A stretch of 64,000 nucleotides of DNA, taken from the NCBI RefSeq assembly GCF_964188315.1, contig NC_135655.1, positions 111,414,001 to 111,478,000 on the forward strand, read 5' to 3'. A program made the position numbers and the translations under genes. This stretch comes from Podarcis muralis. Taxonomy: Eukaryota. Below are positions 47,741 to 60,077 of this stretch, piece after piece. Each line of letters starts with the position of its first letter. Positions within the stretch are counted from its first letter, which is position 1. Below the pieces are notes generated by a model. That model was not told the origin of the DNA. It saw only the letters and a program-made list of their open reading frames with translations, and did no database searches.

Positions 47741-50700
47741 GCTCAAACCTTCCTTGTGATATTTCCATAAACATAACCCTGTTTCAAGTCTCTATTCCGG
47801 GTGTGGGGCAATGGGATTAGTTTCAGGAGACTGCAGTTCCATTCCCTTCTTAAGCAATTGCAGTGAAGCTGCACCCATGTGTTGACATTCACTAGCACAT
47901 ACATGTTTCACATCGGGGGGCATCTCTGTTGATTATTCATTAAGGCTTCCTTTGAAGGAGAGGAACAGAACTAGTCCTGTCGGGCAGCAGGGTGGGCAGA
48001 TCCCCACATTTTGGATGCTCTCATCTAAGTGTGGACAAGCAGAGCTATTTCTTGGGGAGGGGGATAATTGGAACACTAGCATGCCTGCAGCCTCTGCTTT
48101 ATTTGGTCCCGAATACAGGAAACTATATTCAGATCTTCCAATAATAGGCCGTACTGTGCACTCTCATCATAAGACCATCTTCAATACAAGATGCCTGTAC
48201 CTTGAGCTTCGGTTATATTAAAGTTTATAATAAACAACCCTGTATAACATCCCCTCTCACGGTGGGAAGAAAATTGCTAGGCTCCAAAGAACAGTTTTTC
48301 AGAGACGGTGTGCGTACTTAAACTGGCAGCGTTGAGCAGAATGCCTAATAAGTTTGATGTCCGTGGCCATTTCAAGGGTACTCCACAGGCTGCAGATGAT
48401 CTTTCCCTACAATACATGGACAAAAGGAGAGATTTGTGTTTGCATCCTTTCCTCCTTCCCAGCTGGCATCAGAAAAACGAAGTGTCTGTATCACAGCCCT
48501 TCAGTTTTAACCCCCATCAAGTTCAACATAGCACGATACGCACCTCTAGTGCTGTAAAGTTTGATTGTGGTTATTCTTGAATGTGTATCACTTTTCTTCC
48601 TTTTCTTTCTAATATTAGTGAGACTACAAAAAGATGAAAATAATATTGGCAGGGGGGCAGATTTCAAGCAGGAAAAGAAAATCTATAGCAGTCACAGAGC
48701 AGAAACAACACTCGTCTAAATGCAGTGATTTCCTTTTCAATAAAATCTCCTTATGGATCACCTTAACCTTGTTTATATATATATATATAAACCCAGCTAT
48801 TTGGGGTCTAATTTTAATTCTATCAGGCTTTATGTGCTGGCCACCCAAATGGATTTTGTGCAGATTATCAATGGCATCAACATGGCAGAAGGGGGAAAGA
48901 GCTACGACAAAGAACAATGGCAGTCACTGAGCCGACTAGATGTAAACACAGGGTAGTCAGGGTCAGCATCAGGCATCAGCTACAAGCTGGTGATTAGACT
49001 CTCTTCTTCTTGCATAGTGCAAAAAAGGGGGGGGGGAGAATGGATGGGCAGGACCAGCCCAACTCAGAAAAGGCATAAGCTACATGTTTATCTGTACAGT
49101 GAAAAGGCAACCTCAAAGAGTAACAGGAACCGAAGGATGGCTGGTAGGGTTTTTAAAAAAGGGAGTACGAGGAAACCTGGAACTTTACTTGATATCTGGA
49201 GTGAACTCCCTGGATTGGTGGGGATAGGGCATATACAGAGTACCGGGTTACAGAGGATAGATATGTAGATGTGTTGTACAAGCATGCAAGCAAACCCTAT
49301 GATGAAAGGAACCCTGAACTTCCTAGTGCAGGAAGTAGGGACACCATTCTGTTAATGTCAGTTAGGGCCTTGGTCCTCTGAAGGTCCTCTGGGCTAGGTG
49401 ATGAGTGTGGAAATGTGAAATAGGCTGGGATTTTGCAAACATGCTGGCCCAACCTCCTCTGACACTATCAGCACCCTCCTCCCATATCTTCTAATCTAAC
49501 ACAACGCAGCCCAAATCTGGGATTCAATCTTCTGAGTCCTCATTCTTACACAAGTCATGAGCCACGAGAGATTGCAGTCTCCCCCCCCAAAAAAAAGGTG
49601 ATTTTTCAGGCACCAAACATACAGCACCCCAAAACGTGTTTTTGGGTGCAGCCCAAATTCACATGAGATCATGGCAGCCATTTTGGCCACTGTCCTCTCG
49701 TGAGAAAAAACAGAATGTCCCGTTCATTCTGGAGGAGCTCACAGGTATGCCCTCCAATGAATTGGAGGGTGGTCGACTGCAGCAGGGGACCTGCTCAGCT
49801 CCTGTAGACAGGAAAAGCAGTGGGAGGGTGGTAGGAGCAGTGTTACGGGATAATCATATCAAGTGACCCACTGAGAATTATACTGGTGGAGGTGGAATGG
49901 GGTCAGAGTGAACACATTCATTTCTAATTCATTTCTAATTATTTCTCCCCCAATATCAGTCACATGGTGAGGCAAGTGCCTGAAGAGGGATAAGGAAGGC
50001 TAACCTGTTGCCACAAAGAAACTCCTACCCTGGGATGATCACATCCCCCTGAAATCCTCCACATCACACATCACTCCATCCACTTCCACATTAGCCCAAG
50101 GGAAAAGAAGCTTCAAGAAAGGAAGCAGGGTTTGGTGTTGGTGCCAAGGAAGAGGCACCCATTTAGCTTTTGCCAAGGCCAGTGCCCCGGGCAAAGACAG
50201 ATCTATGAGTGCTGCTGCTGCTGCATCCTGCATATGTCACTTTATGTGTGCATATTTTCATATTGCTACTGCTGCTGAGGATACAACACTGTTTTTATTA
50301 TTAGTCAATCATTGTGTTGTAGTTGTTGTATTCTTACTGTTCTACTATTAGTTGTTTGGGGGGGTGTTGTGATGTTTTATTTGTTTAGTCATTCATTCAT
50401 TTCTCTAACACTATGGAGTAGTTTAATTTATATCTATTGGTCTCTGTCCGTCTCAGGAGACAATGGAAGCGTGTGCCTTTGGGAATTAAGTCAAACCCTT
50501 GGAGAGTTAGATTGAGGGAAGTAGAGAAGGAATGCTTTCATGAGGAAGCTGTATATATTTTTATGCTCGCTAGGCATTTGTGTAATAGGATTGTATTAAT
50601 ACGATTTGTTGTTGCTGTTATTACTTTAAATAATGTGTTATTCTGCATAATAGCTTATCTAGTGGTTCTTAGCAGCCTTGAGCACCAGACTGAAGGGAAG

Positions 50701-51859
50701 GAGGGAGGGATATAAGAATCTTGAATAAGGAAATAAAATAAGCATAGCAGCTACAGGTTTGAGTGGTCCCAACCTGTCACAGTTGGGTGGGGGGGCAGTT
50801 AGTGACTAAGCAGGATTGAATTCCTTGCACACCAGCTGATGCACAAGGAGTTTAATCCTGATTTCTTCAGCAATCAGCTGTGTGAGTAACCAATACAGCC
50901 ACATCTGTACCGAGCCCACACATGCTATCACATGCAACATCAGGCATTGGCATGGTTTGGGGGAAATGGCCTTGCAGGCCAAAAGTGGAGGCATGGTGGG
51001 CCAAATTTGGCCCATGAGCTGGAGGTCCCCCAACTGGGTTCTAGCAGAAGCTATTCTCCCTTAAGCAGACAAATGGCAAAGTACCATCTCACCTTGCTGT
51101 TTATGAGCAACTGGGGGCACTGGGAAGCAAGGAAGAGAGTCCATTCAATATCCCAGAGTAAGCAAGATGCCACAGCTGGATAGGACCAGGCCCATGAAAG
51201 ATGGGTGGTGTTAATGCCTGAAGGTTTTTTTAACAACCCTCGCATTTTGAGACAGAGAGAATGAAGATATTGCCTGTGCAGCAATCTCTTGGCTTATTTC
51301 TGTTGTTTATTATTATTTTTAATCTCCCAAGCCCAGATAGGGAATTAGGCTCGATACTGAAAATAGAAACATTGATATTCTCATGCCATTTACAGTTTGA
51401 GCTCGGCATTTATTAGCTCTAGATAGCATTACAAGAGTTGTCATGTTTTTGCTAATTTGCTGGAGTGACAAGAATTAAATGGTATTAGTTTCTACTCCAC
51501 TCGATTCCTGAGACTAAAGACGATAGCGACAATAATGCTGGTGGTTGATCACTGCTGGCTTCTAATTATACAGCAACAGAAAATGACATGCATTGCTTTG
51601 GATGCACTTTCTCTTCAAAGAAGGTTGAAATTAAAGTCTCCTCTGTAACAGGCTCCTGTTTGTGTTCATTAAAAAGAACTCTTTGGGCCAGACTAGATGC
51701 AATGTGAAACAAATGCATTAAGTCGTCTAGTGTGTATGTTTTTCCCCCTTCTAAAAACCAGTAGCGTTGAAGCAGGAAGATCAGGACCATGGCACCAGGA
51801 AAAGGAAGTGGCTGACCCTTTCCCCACCTCTAAAATCTTGCCCAGTGCATTTTGCACCC

Positions 51860-52123
51860 TGAAATATACTCGGAGTCGAGTGTGAATTCCATGCTCTTTA
51901 TTCAGCTCGTAGTAGCAATGAATGAAACTTTCCCCAAAACGTCTAGCTAGATATACATTATTTACACAATGTGTGATTGGCTAATTCCTGGCTGCTCCTG
52001 TAGGCCAATTAGGTTGCGGATTCACTTCCACCTGGAGCTGGATTGGGTGGCTCCTGCAAACCAATCAATCAGACTGCTGCATTCTGGATCCTATTGTTCT
52101 AGGATTCAGCTCAGTACATAACA
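51860..52123 (-). mobile_element. Short solo LTR, 264 bp
   Basis: TG...CA termini; 5-bp TSD CACCC; AATAAA on minus (plus ctttatt); CCAAT-like motifs. Confidence 0.85.
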
Positions 52124-52685
52124 CACCCCTTCCTGGAAGTTTACCTCCTGGAGTTGAAAGGAGCATCACAAGACCATGTTTGTAGATGGAGGATTACACC
52201 TCCCCTCCCTATGTGCCAAAATCCTGATCCTAATCAGACCTTTCCCCACAACTGTTATTTAGGGCTAAAAACCGCTAGACACTGATGAACCTTGCTTGAG
52301 AAGCAAGATCTGGCTGAGCTCCATTGTGCCTTGGGTTTCTCATGGGGATCGATCTCCAGTCAAACTGTGTTTATAAAACATGCATATATCAGGAGAAAGT
52401 GTGTATTAAACAGATCTGTTAGTGAAAAGAACATGCAAAAACGTGAAATTAGATGAAATTGCTTGCAAAAAAATCAGTACATTGGTGAAATCTGCATACC
52501 AAAAATGCATATATTGGGAGAATTTCATGCTAAAATGCTGGTGAATTTTCATAATGGTATGATAATGATAATCTCTGTCAAATACAACTTAAACTAAGGT
52601 TGCTTCACAATGACCTGTTCATAGAACACCCATCCTGTTGCACAAAGTTTTCAGCGAGGCTACACAATGCCAGCTGTTTGTTGTG

Positions 52686-53141
52686 TGTTAGGGTTCCAAG
52701 GGGTTGCTCGAGAGCAAGCAGGCAAATGCCTCCCTGCTAGGCTGTGAAGCCTAGCTTTTGATGCCAAAATAAATTTTATCTGTCCAGAGCGCCACTCTCT
52801 CATGGCTTGCTCATTCGCTGACAGAATCCGTGAGTGGGAGGTCCTTAAACCTTCCCCAGCAGAGTAGTTTCTTGACGCCCAGTCTGCGCCTCCCCTCTCG
52901 GTGCAGAAGCTTACTGCGCAAGGAGGGTGTGGGTAACGGAGGACCTCTCTCCTCCCTGCTTTGCCCAGGCAAGGTGTCCTGGTACCGCTTCACCTCCTCC
53001 GAGCCCTGAAGCTCCTCTCCACTGGAGGCGTGGTTACTCTCCTCCGCTGAGGAGGAGCTGCTCCCCACGATCTTTGGGGGCTCTCTGTAATCCATCCGGC
53101 TTTTCCCGTCTCCCCCCTGAGCCAATAGCAGTTCCCTGACA
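52686..53141 (-). mobile_element. Solo LTR (Gypsy-like), 456 bp
   Basis: TGTCAGG...CCTAACA (minus); 5-bp TSD TTGTG. Confidence 0.88.
52811..53140 (-). CDS. LTR-encoded open frame, 109 aa, entered from LTR nt 2; unknown acidic/Arg-rich CW-motif peptide
   Basis: VRELLLAQGG...GPPLPTPSLRSKLLHREGRRRLGVKKLLCWGRFKDLPLTDSVSE*; C-terminus conserved with the 59756 ORF. Expression from this solo copy is not implied. Confidence 0.55.
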   Translation of the reverse strand, partial: VRELLLAQGGDGKSRMDYREPPKIVGSSSSSAEESNHASSGEELQGSEEVKRYQDTLPGQSREERGPPLPTPSLRSKLLHREGRRRLGVKKLLCWGRFKDLPLTDSVSE

Positions 53142-53414
53142 TTGTGCATTTATTCCACTTTGCTCGCAGAGCGGTTAAACAGCATCAGGTTAAGGAATTG
53201 CTATCCGACATTTTCCAGTGAACTTCCCCATCACTTTCCTTTCCCCCACAAAAAGTTTAGAAGTTCATTGGGCAAGAACACTAAATCCATGTTAATTGTG
53301 CAACCTGAATTTGCTAGCATGCCATTGAATCACACCTGTGGAACAGTGATGGTCTGGTCTAAGAGGTTTCCAAAGAAAACCTTATATTTATGTCCATCAG
53401 CAACAACAAAAATA

Positions 53415-53769
53415 CAGTGGTACCTCGCAAGACGAATGCCTCGCAAGACAAAAAACTCGCAAGACAAAAGGGTTTTTGGTTTTTTGAGTTGCTTTGCAAG
53501 ACGATTTTTCCCTATGGGCTTGCTTTGCAAGACGGAAACGTCTTGCAAGTTTGTTTCCTTTTTCTTAACACCGTTAATACAGTTGCGAATTGACTTCAAG
53601 GAGCAACTCATAGCACGCGGTGTGGTAGCCTTTTTGAGGTTTTTGAAGACTTTGGTGATTTTTGAAGCTTTTCCAAAACTTTTCCGAAACCGTGCTTCGC
53701 AAGACGAAAAAAAGCGCAAGACGAAAAAACTTGCGGAACGAATTAATTTCGTCTTGCGAGGCACCACTG
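53415..53769. mobile_element. Tigger/pogo-like MITE
   Basis: TIR CAGTGGTACCTCGCAAGACGAA / TTCGTCTTGCGAGGCACCACTG; TA TSD; repeated gcaagac motif. Confidence 0.9.
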
Positions 53770-55752
53770 TACTCCCAAATTGTTCTACTTCTCATAGGTT
53801 AGACGAGCTGAAATTATGGCAGGAATCTAGCAAACAATACAAGAACTTAGCCATTTGGTGCCACAATAGAATAAATAGCATGTCTCATAAACATATAATT
53901 TCTATCTGTTCCTAGTGCCATTTTGAGGCACTTACCCAAGCTCAGAAATGCTTGGTGTGCAGTTTGAAATCTGTTTATATTTTGGAGGGTGGAACAATAC
54001 CAGGGCAGAGGCAGCAAATAAATACCTACGCCTAAATGCAACTACCTTGCATACTGACGAAAGCACTGACTTTGAAAGGATGCACATGCTATCACAAAGA
54101 TGCAACCTTTCTTAATCCATAGTATCAAAAAAATGGGACATTTACACTCAGTGGAAGCTGGTAGGACAGAAGGCAGGAAGACTGACAGTAGGTTGAACCA
54201 GAGCCAACGTTAGATGGAAACAGAGTCAATGGTAGGCAAAGCCAACAGCTAATTCTGGATTTGTCTCCATCATACTTCCAACTGAATTCCACAGAGGCAA
54301 CAGGGAGACTAAGGAGGAGGAAGCTAACAGGCCTTGGACTGGTTGTAAGTAAGGAGGCAGGCAGGTGGGCTGAGGGTAGATTCAAGTTGGTGGGGCAGTG
54401 CCCCATTTGTCCTAATGGACCACAGTTTACAGTGGAAGCCTAAATCCTGTTTAGTCAGCAGTTCCATTGGTGTCTTTTTCAGGCATTATCACCTAAAGAT
54501 GTGTGTTTAGCGTTTAATATTTGTGAGGCGCCAGGTGCATTTTTCACCTTTTTATTGGCCACTTGTGACCAAGTGAAGATGCCAGGATGGTGCCTGATGT
54601 CTCCACTATTGTGAGGTGCGTGCCTGGGGATCCTTGGATCTTGACTAGCATCCTGTAGAATTCTATCCATTAAATTTTATCTGCACAATCAAAGTGAATT
54701 TCAGGAACCAAAAGGTCGTATTGAAAAATATGACTTTTGAGCCACCTGGCACAAAAATGACAACTGGGCACACCATTTTGGTAACTGTAACCCTGGTTTA
54801 AGAAGCCATTTGGCCCCTAGCTTCTGTATCTGAGTTTCTAATACTGCTCCTGTAGCCCCTTTGCAAGTCTTCCAGAGAATTTTTGTAGAGGGGAGCTTTA
54901 TGTATCAGCGTCCTTGCTCACACAGAGAGCTTCCACAGATACACAAGGGGGGCCCCCACTGCCAAGGTTGTGTAGTCATGTGGATCCAAGGGATGGGACT
55001 AAACATGCAGCCACGCTGCACCTCTGTTTCCCCTTCTAAATAACTCCTGAAGAGGGTTAACCCGGGATGTATTTCCTGATCAGTGTGCTAAAGATAGCAA
55101 CCATGTAGTCCTTGTCTATGCATAGATACGAGAAGTAAGACCCACTGAGGGGGGGGGGAATGATGCCCTGATTTTCCAAAAGGCTTCCTTGCTTTTTATG
55201 AGCAAAAAAGAAAAAAGAAAAATCTTGACCTCCTAAGACAGTGAAACTTTTTAGACTGTCTGCAATACTTTGTATTGAATTTGCTAAATCCACTTTCTCT
55301 CAACTGATTGGCTCGGCTGTTTCCCATCCATCCTGTGGGCTGTTGAAAATGATTTCCGATACTCTCAAAATAACAGGGCCTCTAGACCACAATCAAGCAG
55401 AAGGGCTGCAGTTTAACTCAATAACTGAGTTCCACTTGTGCAGTGCTTTTCTCCTGCCCCTGAGATGTTGGATTATCAATTAGGTTCAGCAATTGAGCTC
55501 TTTAAAGAAAAGAAATGGAAATAAGATGAATCTCTGTAGTTTAACATGGGGGCATGGGAAGTAGCAGTCACAACCGAAAGCAGATTTGGAGAAATGGAAC
55601 AGGAGATAATTAACTCCCACTTCCAACCTGCCCTCACCCCCTTAAATCTAGCTGTGCCCTGTTGGGATCCTATAAATAGGCCTTATTTAAATTGTGTCAT
55701 CACAGTAAGTTTCAAGATAAAACAAATATTTTCTTTGCTATGTTAGAACAAA

Positions 55753-56065
55753 GGCTACATTCACACCATAAGTTTAAAACACTGTGTCACTTTACACAGT
55801 CATGGCTTTCCCCCAATAATTCTGGGAGTTGTAGTTTATTAGGAGACCCCTATTCTCCTCATAGAGCTACCGCTTACAGAATGATATAACAATGAATCCC
55901 CCTCTTCAAGGAACTCTGGGAATGGTAGCTCTCTGTGAGGGGAACAGGGGTCTCCTAGCCACTCTCAGCTACAGCTACAGCTACAGCTCCCAGAATTCTT
56001 TGGAGAAAGACATGAGTGTTTAAAGTGGTATCATAGTACTTCAAATGTATTGTGTGAATGTGGTT
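55753..56065. mobile_element. Palindromic MITE; partial relatives near 1405, 2590, 15380, 32190
   Basis: ggctacattcacac / gtgtgaatgtggtt termini; internal inverted taggagacccct / aggggtctccta. Confidence 0.65.
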
Positions 56066-56100
56066 CAAGGGTCTATAATAACTTAGGGAGCAATCCTAAC

Positions 56101-56369
56101 TAGGGCCAGATTTAGGTTTGATGAGGCCCTAAGCTACTGAAGGTAATGGGGCCCTTTATATGTCCAGATTTGTCACTGTTTTTTTATGTTGAATATATGC
56201 TACATGGTAATTTATGGACCTAATAGGTATCTAAAGTGATTTTATTTGTTTTTTAACTTATATTTTGGAAATGTACATCGAGGTTTTTTTCCTTTAAATT
56301 TTTTTGGGGGGCCAAGAGAGTGGGGCCCTAAGCTATAGCTTGTTTAGCTTATACGTAAATCCAGCACTG
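56101..56369. mobile_element. hAT-type MITE
   Basis: Imperfect TIR TAGGGCCAGATTTA / TAAATCCAGCACTG; perfect 8-bp TSD ATCCTAAC. Confidence 0.85.
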
Positions 56370-56427
56370 ATCCTAACCTCCAGTTTGCTATGCAGGGGGA
56401 GGTATAGTTGTAGAATTCAGCAGAAGT

Positions 56428-56565
56428 NNNNNNNNNNNNNNNNNNNNNNNNNNNNNNNNNNNNNNNNNNNNNNNNNNNNNNNNNNNNNNNNNNNNNNNNN
56501 NNNNNNNNNNNNNNNNNNNNNNNNNNNNNNNNNNNNNNNNNNNNNNNNNNNNNNNNNNNNNNNNN
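56428..56565. other. Assembly gap (138 N)
   Basis: Run of N. Confidence 1.
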
Positions 56566-57369
56566 CCATTCTGCCTCACATCATTTTTAAAGTTTTTGTA
56601 AGAATACAAAATTCACCTAACTGAAGTGATAATTGCTTGACACTGCCCTCAAAACACTGACAAAAACCACTATTGTCTCTCCCCATTCATTAGGACTCTA
56701 CTTTCCCTATATACAATGTCAACTGACAGCACAGCCGTACCCATTTCCACTCAGAAGTAGGTCCTCTTGAATTCAGTGGGGCTTACTCCCAAGTAAGTGG
56801 GTTGAAGATTGCAGTCTTACTCTACAAATATATTGTTCTATTATGCATCAGATTTGATTTCAAGCAGCCTATGCATGATGAGAGGAACTCAGAAAGGCAA
56901 CGCTACATAGAAGTCAGTCATGAAGAAAATGTAATATAGCATTTGCTGGAGGTGCAGGAAATGGTTTGCCAGTGGTCGGATTGCTAATAAAGCACAGCAC
57001 ATCAGGGAGTCAAGATTCAGAAGAAACATGAAAGAGAAACAATAGTCCATAAGTGGAAGGGATAGAATTATGACAGGTCAGGAGAGTAAACAGCAAACTA
57101 GGAAATTAATTGAAGCGCAGCTGAACAAACTGGTTAACTGTGATGTATGGAGGAGTTTAATAAGGTAAGTCCCTCCTGTGTATCGATTCAAGAAAAGGAC
57201 GTGCCAATCAAACAGAACAGCTAAGCAACCAAATAAGACAAATGAGCAAACTGTTCAGATTGCATTGCCTGACATAGCATCATGTGGTCAGGTCAGGAGG
57301 TGTTATGTGATATCAACAGGGAACCAGCAACAAAGAGTCACAGGCAGCACACACCACTCTATGCAGAGC

Positions 57370-58963
57370 TGTGAATGAGCATACTTCCAAAAATGATTTT
57401 CCTATTTCAATCCATTCTGGTGATAGGAATGGCGAGCTGCTTCAAGGACTGTCAGAAGGATATATCAAGATATATTTGGAATAGGGGGGGAAACCAGAAT
57501 CAAACACAAATTGTTGATCGATATAAAAGAAAGAGGAGGATTTGCATTACCCGGCTGGAAATTATACTATGAAGCAGCTTGCCTTTCCTGGATACGAGAA
57601 TGGATGACATTAAATAACACCGACCTGCTAGACTTGGAAGGGTTCGACAATAGATACGGTTGACATGCCTATCTAGGTTATGAGAAGGCTAAGGTGCACA
57701 AAGGTTTCCTAAACCACGTGATCAGAAGATTGTTATATAAAGTGCGGTCCAAACATAAGACTTTATCAGAGCCCCAAACGCCATGGTGGCTGTCCCTGAC
57801 GGAAGCATTCTCAGTTAAAAAGAAGAATATGAAGAGTAATGGCCAACTTACAAATATTTGCTGGAAGAAAAAGATGACAAGTTAAAAAAAATTAAAAATT
57901 GAAGAAATTAGGTACCATTTGACTGACTGGATGCAATATTTACAATTGAATGAGACTTTCCAAAAAGACAAAAAAAAAAGGCTTTTCCACAGAACCTTCA
58001 AGACTCAATAAAGATCTGATTCAAAATAACTATAAACCATTCTCTAAAATGTATAGGTTACTCCTGGACTGGGAGGTCAAGGATGAAGAAGTCAAATCCG
58101 TAATAGTGCAGTGGGCTAAGGATTTTGGCTATAACATTCACATCGAATCTTGGGAGGGACTCTGGAGGGAAGATATTAAATTTACGTCGTGTTAGAACCT
58201 AAAAGAAAACTGTATGAAAATACTTTACAGCTGGCACCTAACACCTATTAAATTGGCTAAAATGTTTGGATCTAGGTCAAGTATTTGTTGGAAATGCAGG
58301 GAGGCAGAAGGCACATGGATCCACATGTGGTGGAACTGTAAAAAGATCAGACAGTTTTGGGAAATGATTTATAATGAACTCAATAAAATGTTTAAATGCT
58401 CTTTCCCTAAAAAGCCTGAAGCCTTCCTGCTAGGAATTATGGGTAACGTAATCTCAAAAAAGTTCAGGAGAGTCTTTATGTATGCTACAGTAGATGTCAG
58501 AATTCTAATCGTAAAAGGTTGGAAGGGAGAAGTTATCCCATCCAAATCAGACTGGCAAAATAAACTAAGAGTATGCTGAACTAGCAAGACTATCAGCAAG
58601 GCTATGAGATGTTACAGATGAAAAATTTACCAGAGTGTGGGACATTTACAGAGTTTATGTAAAAGAATGCTGTCAAAATATTAATCCGTTGGCAGGTTTT
58701 GATTGAGTTTCTGCGTTTAATAGGACAACTTTATAAATTTAAAGTAATTAGAACAATGTGGAGAAAATAAAGTTAAGGAATCCAATTCGGGAACATAATG
58801 GGAAGATCAGAGGTCATCCTAAATTCAATCACAAAATGATGTACAAAACAAGTATCAATTAAGGAATGAACGTTTATTTATTTTTATTTTGTCTTTAACA
58901 TCTGTGGATTATTTCTGTTATACAGCTTTTAAACCAATAAAGCGTTTTTTTAAAAAAAGAAGA
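57370..58963 (+). mobile_element. 5'-truncated L1 LINE (ORF2 C-terminal part with frameshifts/stops, 3' UTR, A tail)
   Basis: ILPKMIFLFQ, GG..LP..KLYY and C-terminal Zn knuckle CWKCREAEGTWIHMWWNC; aataaa plus A-rich end. Confidence 0.9.
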
Positions 58964-59030
58964 ATGTGTGTGTTCTTTTATGCAAGGTAATTCTTCCAGC
59001 TGTAATTTAGAATGATAGTATCCAAAATAA

Positions 59031-59616
59031 TGCGATGAGCCCCACAGCTCTGTTAGGACTGGGATGGGGTTGATAGAAGAAACCAAGGGAGCCTGACTGA
59101 TGGGAAACAGAGTCGAACAAGGAGGGCTCTCCCTAGTGTACCTCGACTTCAACCACCCCTGGCAGAGCAGAGTCTCAGTAAAGGCTGGGGAGGCCTGTGG
59201 GCAGCTGAGGGGGGAAGCAATTCAGGAATCTGAATGGGAGGGTATGGCAATTGCACCTCCATGTTTGAGAGCCCCACCCCACCCCCAACGAGTGCTCATT
59301 TGCAATCCTGACATTCTTGCAAACGGGTCTCAAGAATGAGCCTCATCTTTGAAAGCTTGTTATGCAGGGGTATGGAAGCTACTGGGACATCTCTATCCAG
59401 TCCTGAATGTCTTGTCTGCTTCTGAATCATGACTCCTGAACTCTTTTTCCACTGCCAAGATGGAACCATTACTTGCCTGAATAAAGATCTCTTTGTTACT
59501 TACACATAAGAGACTCCGCGTATGTTGGGCGTGAGATCTACTTCAAAGTGCAAAAGAAACACATGGAGGCCACGGCTGTGACCAGATAACTGGCAGATAG
59601 CTGAAGTTTCATCACA
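59031..59616 (+). mobile_element. Probable older solo LTR
   Basis: Inverted ends TGCGATGA / TCATCACA; AATAAA at 59480; TSD only 3/5, so boundaries uncertain. Confidence 0.45.
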
Positions 59617-59649
59617 GATTAGGGAGCATGCATGACCCTTTAGCAATTC

Positions 59650-60077
59650 TGTAAAGGGAGTTGGGGTTGCTTGTGCGTAAAGGGTGCTACTGTTCTAGGC
59701 AACGTAGCCTGGCTAAACCTTTCCCTGGCTGGACAGCCCTTTCTCCATGGCTGTGTCAGTCACTGGCAGAATCCGTCAGTGGGCGTTTCCTGAACTTCTT
59801 CCAACATAGAAGCTCTTTGACGCCAAGTCTCCTCCTAGCCTCCCTGCGTGGAAGTCTCCTGCGCAGAGTGGGCGTGCCCAACGGAGGTCCTGGGCTCTCC
59901 CCGCTGGTCTCTGTGGAAGAGTCTTGGAGCCCTCTCTCCGCAGTTCCCCCTTGCTTCCTGGTGTCACTCCTATTACCTTCCTCAAAGGAAGTGTTCTCTC
60001 TCCCCCTGCTGGTCCCTTCTCCTGCATCGTTGGGGAGCCTTACCTCCACTCTAGGCTCCGATGGCAGTTCCCTGACA
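59650..60077 (-). mobile_element. Solo LTR (Gypsy-like), 428 bp
   Basis: TGTCAGGGAACTGC start shared with the 52686 LTR; 5-bp TSD AATTC. Confidence 0.88.
59756..60076 (-). CDS. LTR-encoded open frame, 106 aa, no Met; homologue of the 52811 ORF
   Basis: VRELPSEPRVEV...GPPLGTPTLRRRLPRREARRRLGVKELLCWKKFRKRPLTDSASD*. Confidence 0.55.
   Translation of the reverse strand, partial: VRELPSEPRVEVRLPNDAGEGTSRGRENTSFEEGNRSDTRKQGGTAERGLQDSSTETSGESPGPPLGTPTLRRRLPRREARRRLGVKELLCWKKFRKRPLTDSASD

Noticed and set aside
53142-53915. 257-aa ORF
   Set aside because: Runs through a Tigger-like MITE and unique flanks; no domain; the MITE repeats lack stops
59052-59339. Near-open frame in the 59.0-kb LTR as a fifth LTR-ORF member
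   Set aside because: No RRR-x7-CW-TDS motif, and the LTR start is uncertain so the frame register cannot be fixed
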